From: Neocallimastix sp. 'constans'
Taxonomy: Eukaryota
Direction: 5' to 3'
Assembly (NCBI GenBank): GCA_050613775.1
Contig: JBODTK010000013.1
Coordinates: forward strand, 248,001 to 312,000
Length of the DNA: 64,000 bases
The translations under genes and the position numbers were made by a program. Below the pieces are notes generated by a model. That model saw only the letters and a program-made list of their open reading frames with translations, made no database searches and was not told the DNA's origin. Positions 53,850-64,000 of the stretch are shown one piece after another. Numbering within the stretch: the first letter of the stretch is position 1; each line of letters begins with the position of its first letter.

Positions 53850-56800
53850 TTTATTATTATTTAATTTGATTTATTTTTATTATTTTTTATTTTATTCCCT
53901 TTGGTTTATTTTTATTATTTTTATTATTATTATTATTAATATTATTATTTTCATTAGATTATTTTTTTTTTATTTTTATTTCCTTTGAGTTATTTTTATT
54001 TTTATTTTTATTTTCTTTGATTTATTTTAATTTTTATTATTATTTTTATTTTTATTTTCTTTGATTTATTTTATTTTTATTTTTATTTTTATTTTATTTC
54101 CTTTGATTTATTTTTATTTCCTTTAGTTTATTTTTATTTCCTTTGGTTTATTTTTATTTTTATTTTTATTACTATTTTTATTTTTATTACTTTTATTTTT
54201 ATTTTTATTTTTATTTTATATTTTTTATTTCCTTTTGTTTATTTTTATTTTTATTATTATTATTATTATTATTTTTGCTTTATTTCCTTTGGTTTATTTT
54301 TATTTTTATTTTTATTTCTAAATATAAAACTTTTTATTTTTATTATTATTTTTATTTCTTTTGGTTTATTTTTATTTTTTATTTTTATTTCTTTTGGTTT
54401 ATTTTTATTTTTTCTATTTTTATTTTTATTTTTATTTTTATTTTTATTCTCTCTGATTTATTTTTATTTTTATATTCTTTAGTTTATTTTTATTTCCTTT
54501 GGTTTATTTTTATTTTTATTATAAAACTTTTTATTTTTATTTTTATTTTTATTTTTATTTCTTTTGGTTCATTTTTATTTCCTATTATTTATTTTTATTT
54601 TTATTTTTATTTTTATTTCTTTTGGTTCATTTTTATTTCCTATTATTTATTTTTATTTTTATTTTTATTTTTATTTCTTTTGGTACATTTTTATTTCCTA
54701 TTATATATTTTTATTATTATTTTTATTTTTATTTTTATTTCCTTTGGTTTATTTTTATTTTTATTTTTATTTTTATTTTTCTTTTCTTTTTTTTTTTGTT
54801 TATTATTATTATTTTCTTTTGTTTATTTTTATTTTAATTTGTATTTTATTTTTATTATTATTTTTATTTTTATTTCTAGTTATAAAACTTTTTATTTTTT
54901 ATTTTTATATTTATTTCCTTTGGTTTATTTTTACTTTTATTTTTATTTTTACTTTTATTTCATTTGGAATATTTTTATTTTTATTATTATTATTATTTCA
55001 TTTGAGTTATTTTTATTTTTATTATTTTATTTTTATTTTTATTTTTATTTTATTTTTTTTTCTTTAGTTTATTTTTATTTTTATTTTTATCTTTATTTCC
55101 TTTGATTTATTTTTATTTCATTTGGTTTATTTTTATTTCTTTTGGTTTATTTTCTTTGGTTTATTTTTATTTTTATTTTTATTTCTAAATATAAAACTTT
55201 TTATTTTTTATTTTTATATTTATTTCCTTTGGTTTATTTTTACTTTTATTTTTATTTTTACTTTTATTTCATTTGGAATATTTTTATTTTTATTATTATT
55301 ATTATTTCATTTGAGTTATTTTTATTTTTATTATTTTATTTTTATTTTTATTTTTATTTTATTTTTTTTTCTTTAGTTTATTTTTATTTTTATTTTTATC
55401 TTTATTTCCTTTGATTTATTTTTATTTCATTTGGTTTATTTTTATTTCTTTTGGTTTATTTTCTTTGGTTTATTTTTATTTTTATTTTTATTTCTAAATA
55501 TAAAACTTTTTATTTTTATTATTATTTTTATTTTATTTTTATTTTTATTTTTATTTTTATTTTAATTTTTTTTTATTTTTATTTTTATTATTTTTATTTT
55601 ATTTCGTTTGATTTATTTTTATTTAATTTTAATTACTTTTATGTTTATTATTATTTCCTTTAGTTTATTTTTTTATTTCCTTTAGTTTATTTTTTTATTT
55701 CCTTTGATTTATTTTTATTTCCTTTGATTTATTTTTATTTCCTTTGATTTATCTTTATTTCCTTTGATTTATCTTTATTTCCTTGAGGTATTTTTATTTC
55801 CTTTGATTTATTTTTATTTTTATTTTTATTTTTATTTTTATTTTATATTTTTTATTTCCTTTTGTTTATTTTTATTTTTATTTTTATTTCCTTTGATTTA
55901 TTTTTATTTTTATTATTTTATTTTTATTTTTATTTCCTTTGGTTTATTTTTATTTCTTTTGGTTTATTTTTATTTTTATTTTTATTTTTATTTTTATTTC
56001 CTTTGATTTATTTTTATTTCTTTTGGTTTATTTTTATTTTTATTTCCTTTGGCTTATTTATATTTCTTTTGATTTATTTTTATTTCCTCCGTTTTACTTT
56101 TATTTTTATTTTTATTTTTATTTTTGTTTTTATTTTTATTTTTATTATAAAACTTTTTATTTTTATTTTTATTTATATTTCCTTTGGTTTATTTTTATTT
56201 TTATTTTTATTTTATTTTTATTTTATTTTTATTTTATTTTTATTTTTATTTTATTTTTATTTTATTTTTATTTTTATTTCTTTTGGTTTATTTTTATTTC
56301 CTTTGGTTTATTTTTATTTTTATTTTTATTTTTATTTTTATTTTTATTTTTATTTTTATCCTTATTTCTTTTGGTTTATTTTTATTACTTTTGGTATTTT
56401 TTTATTTTTATTTTTATTTTTATTTTTATTTTTTTTTGGTTTATTTTTATTTTTATTTTTATCCTTATTTCTTTTGGTTTATTTTTATTACTTTTGGTAT
56501 TTTTTTATTTTTATTTCTATTTTTATTATTATTATAAAACTTTTTATTTTTATTTCTATTTTTATTATAATTATAAAACTTTTTATTTTTATTTTTATTC
56601 TTATTTTTATTATTATTTTTATTTTTATTTTTATTTTTATTTTTATTTTTATTTTTATTTTTATTTTTATTTTTATTTTTATTTTTATTTTTATTTCTTT
56701 TGGTTTATTTTTATTACTTTTGATATTTTTTTATTTTTATTTTTATTTTTATTTTTATTTTTATTTTTATTTTTATTTTTATTTTTATTTTTATTTTTAT

Positions 56801-58030
56801 TTTTATTTTTATTTTTATTTTTATTTTTATTTTTATTTTTATTTTTATTTTTATTTTTATTTTTATTTTTATTTTTATTTTTATTTTTATCCTTATTTCT
56901 TTTGGTTTATTTTTATTACTTTTGGTATTTTTTTATTTTTATTTTTATTTTTATTTTTATTTTTATTTTTATTTTTATTTTTATTTTTATTTTTATTTTT
57001 ATTTTTATTTTTATTTTTATTTTTATTTTTATTTTTATTTTTATTTTTATTTTTATTTTTATCCTTATTTCTTTTGGTTTATTTTTATTACTTTTGGTAT
57101 TTTTTTATTTTTATTTCTATTTTTATTATTATTATAAAACTTTTTATTTTTATTTCTATTTTTATTATAATTATAAAACTTTTTATTTTTATTTTTATTC
57201 TTATTTTTATTATTATTTTTATTATTATTTTTATTTTTATTTTTATTTTTATTTTTATTTTTATTTTTATTTTTATTTTTATTTTTATTTTTATTTTTAT
57301 TTTTATTTTTATCCTTATTTCTTTTGGTTTATTTTTATTACTTTTGATATTTTTTTATTTTTATTTTTATTTTTATTTTTATTTTTATTATTATTTTTAT
57401 TTTTATTTTAATTTTTATTTTTATTTTTATTATAATTATAAAACATTTTATTTTTATTTTTATTATAATTATAAAACATTTTATTTTTATTATTATTATA
57501 ATTATAAAACATTTTATTTTTATTTTTATTTTTATTATAATTATAAAACATTTTATTTTTATTATTATTTTTATTATAATTATAAAACATTTTATTTTTA
57601 TTTTTATTTTTATTATAATTATAAAACTTTTTATTTTTATTTTTATTATAATTATAAACCTTTTTATTTTTATTTTTATTATAATTATAAAATTTTTTAT
57701 TTTTATTTTTATTATAATTATAAAATTTTTTATTTTTATTTTTATTTCAAATTATAAAACTTTTTATTTTTATTTCTAATTATAAAAATCTTTATTTTAA
57801 TTTTTATTTTTATTTTGTTTATTTCTTATTTCCTTTGGTTTATTTTTATTTTTATTTTTATTTTTAATTTTAATTTTATTTTTATTTCTTATTTCCTTTG
57901 GTTTATTTTTATTTTTATTTTTATTTTTATTTTTAATTTTATTTTTATTATAATTATAAAACTTTTTATTTTTATTTTTATTTTTATTTTTATTTCTTTT
58001 GTTTTATTTTTTTTAATTATTAGTAATATA
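53850..58030. repeat. (TTTTTA)n satellite with TTTCCTTTGGTTT and TATAAAAC variants and internal block duplications
   Basis: Reverse complement of the 20.3-22.2 kb type. catttggaat at 54961 and 55270 marks a 309-bp duplication. Confidence 0.9.
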
Positions 58031-58699
58031 TTTTAATAAAAATAACAAAATAAAAAATCAAATAAAAAAACTATAATTAATAGTATTAAAACTAATAAAA
58101 AAATTAAGATTAAATATTGGTGAAAAAAAAAAAAAGAATTAAAAATAAAAATTTTGAAATAAAGATATAAGTGGAGATAAGTCTGACAATAAACAGAATT
58201 TACCTTAAATAAAAAATATAAATATAAAAATGACATAAAAAAATAAATAAAAAAAAAGAAACTTTCAATATTGATATTTAAAAATCAAAAATAATGACAT
58301 AAAATATAATGTAATTTGAAAAAGAAATAAGAACACTTATTAAAAATGTTTTTATAAAATTAAAATTATGTTGAAGAAATAAAACACAAAAATAAAAATA
58401 ATTGCTCTCTATATAAAATTATAATTGGAAAAAGTTAAAATAGAAAATGAATTAAAAATAAAAATAATATTTTTTTTTTTTTTTTTGTTTTTTTGTTTTT
58501 TTACATATTACATTTTTTTTAAATTTATTATTAAATATTTAATCATTATTATATTAATATTGTTTTTTTTTAAAAAAAATATAAAATAATATTATTATAA
58601 TTATTTATTATTAATATTTATTTATTTTTTTAAATTATTATTTATGATTACTTATAAGTTTTAACATTAATGTACAAAATAAAAATAAAATATTTTATT

Positions 58700-61200
58700 A
58701 AGTTGTCGTTTTTAATTAATTATTTATTTCTTAAAATAAAAGTTATAATAAAATGGAAAAAAGCAAAAGGAAAAAATAACATAAATAACAATAAAAAGAA
58801 AAAATAAAATAAAATAATATTAAAAATAAAAATAAAAATAAAAATAATAATAAATAAAACAATCATAAAAAATAATAATAAAAATAAAAATAATAATAAT
58901 AAAACAGTCATAAATAATAATAATAATAATAATACAGAAAAAAAAAATAGTAAAATAGAGATAAAAAAAATATCAATAATAATATAAATATTCCTAAGAA
59001 GATAATAATAAAAATAAAAATAAACCAAAGAAAATAAAAATAAAAATAAATTAAAAGAAATTAAAATAAAAGTAACTTAAAAAAATAAATAGAAACTAAA
59101 AAGAATACAAATTCAAATATAAATAAAAATAAACCAAAAGGAAATAAAAATAGAAATAAAAATATAAAATAATAAATCAAAGAAAATATTATTAAGAATT
59201 GAAATAAGTAATAATAATAATAATAATAATAAAAATTATAATAATTATAAAAATAAATGAAAATAAAAAAAAATAATAAAAGAAAATAAAAATAAACCAA
59301 AAGAAATAATAATAATAATAATAAATAAATAAAAATTAAAACTAAAATAATAATAAAAATTAAAAATTAAAATATACCAAAGAATATAATAATATTGTAA
59401 TATAAATAAAAACTAAAATAATAATACTAATAAAAACTAAATAAAAAATAAATAAAAAATAAATAAAAAATAAAAAAAAAAAAAAAAATAAAAAGTAGTT
59501 AAAGAAAATAAAACATACTAACAACTGAAATATAAATAGAAATAGAAGTAGAAATTGAAATAAAATATTTATAAAAACTAAAATATTTATAAAAACCAAA
59601 AATTAAAAAAAAAAAAAATTATACTAAAGAAAATAATAATAGTAATAATAATAATAAAAACTAAATAATAAATAAAATATATAATAAAAATAAAATTAAA
59701 ATAATAAATTAAAGAAAATATTATTAAAAATAGAGATATAAGTAATAAAAATAAAAATAATTATATAAATAAAAACTAAAATAAAAATAAAATATTAAAA
59801 TTAAAAATAAAAATAAAAATAAAAAAAGTAATTCAAAAGAAATAATAGTATTAATAAAAATTAAAAAAAAATAAACTAATGGTATTAAAAAAAATAAAAG
59901 CAAAATAAATAAGAATAAAAATAAAAATAAAAAGTATAAATATACAAATAATAATAAAAATAAAAATAAAAATAAAATCAAATATAAAATGAAAAAAATA
60001 ATAATAATAATACAAATGGAACATAAATAGAAATAAAAATTGAAAAATGAAAAATAAAAATAAATTAAAAGAAATAAAAATAAACCAAAAAGAATAAAAA
60101 AACCAAAGAGAATAAAAATAAAAATAAATAAAAAAATAAAAGTAGAATAAAAAATGAAAAATAAAAAATAGAAATACTTATAAAAATAGAAATTTTAAAA
60201 AATAAGAATAAGAATAAAAGTTATTTATTATATTATATTTGTCCCTGTATTTCATATTTAATTATTGATCAATACCTTTCTTATAAATTAATGCTTTAAT
60301 TATTTTTAGTATTATTTATATTTATTTAGTTATTACTTAGTAATATCTAAACTACAAATAAAAAATCCACAAAAAAGACTTTTAAAAAAAAATATTGTTA
60401 AATAGAGTTTGACAAAGATTAGTAAAGTTAAATAATAAAGTTAAAAGAAAAACGGATGTAAATTTTAATTAATTAAAAAAAAAAAAAATTAGAGTTGTAA
60501 AGTGAAGCATTCATGAAAAAATTTTAATTTAAAAAAAATAAACAATTTTTAATAAACAATAAAAAAAATGGACATAATAAATAATAAAAGAGAAATAATA
60601 AACAATAAGAATAATTATTATTAATAATTAATAAATAACTAATTATAAATAGTGAATAAAAAAATAAAAAAATATAAATATAATAAACAATAAATAATAA
60701 TAAGAGTATTAATAAATAATAATAAATAATATATTAAAAAATAAAAATAAGAAATAAGAAATAATAATAAAAATATCAATAAAAGTAAAAATATAAATAT
60801 AAATATTTAATTAATGAAAATAAATAATAAATAATAAAAAATAAATCAAAGGAAATAATTATAAAAATATAAGAAAAGAAGTAAAATAAAATAAAATAAA
60901 ATAAAAATAAAAATAAAAAAAAAATAAACCAAAGGAAATATAATAAAAATAAACCAAAGGAAATAATTATAAAAATAAAAATAAAAATAAAAATAAACCA
61001 AAGGAAATAATTATAAAAATAATTATAAAAATAAAAATAAAAATAAAAATAAAAATAAATTAAAGGAAATAAAAATAAAATAAAATAAAATAAAATAAAT
61101 AATGAATATGAAGTACAGATGGAATAAAATAAAATAAAATAAAATAAAATAAAATAAAATAAAATAAAATAAAATAAAATAAAATAAAATAAAATAAAAA
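58700..61200. repeat. Degenerate (TAAAAA)n/(TAAAA)n satellite in A-rich orientation
   Basis: aaaccaaag(g)aaat variants and a pure (TAAAA)n run at ~61124-61198. Confidence 0.75.
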
Positions 61201-62375
61201 ATAATAATGAAGTAATAATAAAATAATAAAAAGATAAAATTTAATAAATTGAAAAGCTAAATATTTTTTATTTTATTATTATTATTATTTTATTTTTATT
61301 TAATATTTATTTAGTAGTTATTATTTTTATTTTTATTATAAGTTTCTTTTTTATATACAAAAATTCAAAATTTTAAATCTAATACTTTGATTTTTTTTTT
61401 CTAAGGTATTTTTAATTTTTAAATTTATACTTTTAATTTTTTTCTTTACCTAAATAATAAAGACTTTTATATAAAATAACATTAAAGTATTATTATACTT
61501 ATTTTTGCTATTAAACTTACAACACAATTTTTTTTTACATTTTATTTTCTCTAAAAAAAAAACTTTTATTTATTTTTTTTTTTTGATTTTATAAATTTAT
61601 ATTTTATTATAACTTTTTTAATTTATATTATTTTTAAAATCTTTAATTTTTATTTTTTTTATTACTTTTTTTTTATTTTTGTCCTTTATTTTTATTTCAA
61701 TATATATTTCTTTTTATTTTTTTTTTATTTTTATCCTTTTTTTGTTTAGTACTATATTGATTTTACTTCTATGATATATTTTAAAATTAGACATTAATTC
61801 TATTTCTTCTTTTATTTTGCTTCTTTTAATATTTATTTACTTTTATTTTATTTTTATTAAGTATGAAAGTTTTGATTTTATTTCCTTCTTTTTAACTTTA
61901 AAACTTTCATTGTAAAGTAATTATTTTTTATTATATATTTATTATTATTTTTTTAAGTTTTATTTCAATTTGAAACGCTTCGTCATTATTATTAAATTGT
62001 TAAACTTCCTATATTTAGTTTATCTAAATTTCTATTTATTTTATTTTATTTTATTTTATATTATTTTATTTTTATTAATACTTTACTCTTTTATATTACT
62101 TCACTATTTATTTTATTTTATTTTATCAATCTGTACTTTAATTATATTCAATATTTCTTTTATTTTATTTTATTTTATTTTATATTTATTTTATTTCAAT
62201 CTCACCTTTATACTTTATTATTTATTTTTTTTAAATAATTATTTATTTATTTGATTTTATTTAATAATAAATCTTTTATTTTTTTTATTATGTTTTTCTA
62301 AAATTTTTCTTTCGATTTTTATTTAATCCTTAAAGTATTCTTTATATTCGAATTTTCAATTTTTATTTTTTATTA

Positions 62376-62425
<50 letters not shown>

Positions 62426-64000
62426 TCATTTCAATTTTTTTTTATTTCTATTAGATATTTTTTATTTATTTTTTTTGTATATTAAACTATAATTTTTATT
62501 TTTATTTTTATTTCTTGTTGTTATTTCATTTTTTAATTATAATTTTTATTTTTTAAGCTATTATTCTTATTTTCTATTCTTAATTTTGGCATTTATTTTT
62601 GAATTTTATTTCTACAATTTTATTTTTCTTATATATTACTTTTTTTTTATAAAAAGATTCTTTGTTCCATTTCTTTTTTTTAAAATATTTTATTTATTTG
62701 ATTTTAGTTTTATGTTTTGTATTTTAACAATAAATACTATTATAATTTTTTTTAATTTTTTATCATATAAAATTATAAATATTTTCTTTTATTTATCTTA
62801 TTTATATTCTTATTTTTACGTTGTCATTTCCAATTTTATTGTCATATTTAACTATAGTATTTTTTATTGTAAAATATTTATTTCTGTAATATTTTTTTTT
62901 AAGATTTAATTCTAATTTATTTTTATTAATTGTATCTTATATATTTATTTTTATTATAAATATTTTATTCTAATTTTGTTTTAAATTCATTTTTTTTCAT
63001 TATTTTTTATTTTTTTTAATTATATTTAATATTTTTTTAATATTTAATCGATAAAATTTTTATATCTTTACTAAAATAAAAAGGACATATCTTGCTACAA
63101 CAGCTATTTTAAATTAGTACTTGAAAAAATATTCAAATAAATAGTCTTCAATGTCCGATAATGAATAATATTTTGTATAATGAAAAAAAAAATTACTAGA
63201 AAAAATACAATAACAAAAAAAAAAAAAAAGATAGATAATAATAAATAAAAAATATTTTTAGTTAAAAAAAATCAATAAATACTAAATAGTAATAATAAAA
63301 AGTATTATTAAAAAAATATTTTAAATAAGTATTATTAAACCTTGAAATATAAAAAGGCTTTCTTTCTATAAAGTAAAATGTTATTTTTTTAAAAAAAATT
63401 AAATATAATTTATACTGTTTTCATTTATCAATTTTAAGAAATAATTATTTATTTTAAATAAAAAATTAATAATATTATTATTTACTTATTATTATATAAA
63501 TTTGTATAATTAAGGCATATAAAATTTTTTTAATATTGATTAAAGTACACAAAATCATAACTTACTTGACAGTTTTTCTTTTCATTAAATACTTCTACAA
63601 TGTGCGAATAGATAATTTTAGAAAATCCATACTAACAAATATTAACTACTTTAGATAGTATTCAAGTGTAAATATTAATTCAAAAGTATAATATTTTCAT
63701 TAATATTCATTATTTATATATTTTGAATTTTTTAGTTATTCTTATTAATTAGTTATTATAAATTTATTATAAATATATTGAGAATTCTTAATAATTTATC
63801 CTTTGTTAATATATTTAGAATTAATTTTAATTAATTCAAACGATGGCCTTCTCAATCTAGTATATATTACTGATAGAAAGAAATAAAAAGAAAGAAAAAC
63901 AATTATTATTATGTTACGTATTTTATTAGTATCTATGTTGTTATTATCTTTAAAAAAAAAAAAAAGATGTATTCTTTTTGTATGTAATTTCTTTTTGATT

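Noticed and set aside
54143..59981. Long F/Y/I/L-rich 'membrane protein' ORFs (up to 631 aa), also at 15299, 20755, 21643 and 61970-62909
   Set aside because: Translations of (TTTTTA)n or other AT-rich low-complexity DNA that lacks stop codons.

Overview
Extremely AT-rich eukaryotic DNA. The composition, (TAAAAA)n tracts and scaffoldin-type genes suggest an anaerobic gut fungus (Neocallimastigomycota); this is an inference. 1-10.4 kb holds decayed retroelements: Ty1/copia gag, integrase and RT/RNaseH remnants plus a probable LINE 3' remnant. 10507-16521 is a young non-autonomous LTR element (207-bp LTRs with 3 mismatches, AAGTT target-site duplication, PPT). Its primer-binding site matches the anticodon arm of tRNA-Lys(CUU), its leader carries an array of covarying hairpins, and in place of gag/pol it carries host-gene fragments (SPRY domain, AVT-like transporter). 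A related leader with the same PBS and hairpin array lies at 4.7-5.6 kb. 16.66-19.5 kb is a long inverted repeat with ~1.24-kb arms. 25.7-50.7 kb holds two tandem minus-strand genes for giant cellulosome scaffoldin-like surface proteins (~2743 and ~2803 aa). I reconstructed their signal peptides from two micro-exons each; their C-terminal halves are almost identical and their N-terminal halves are divergent. The rest is low-complexity satellite and minisatellite. All alignments and translations were done by eye.
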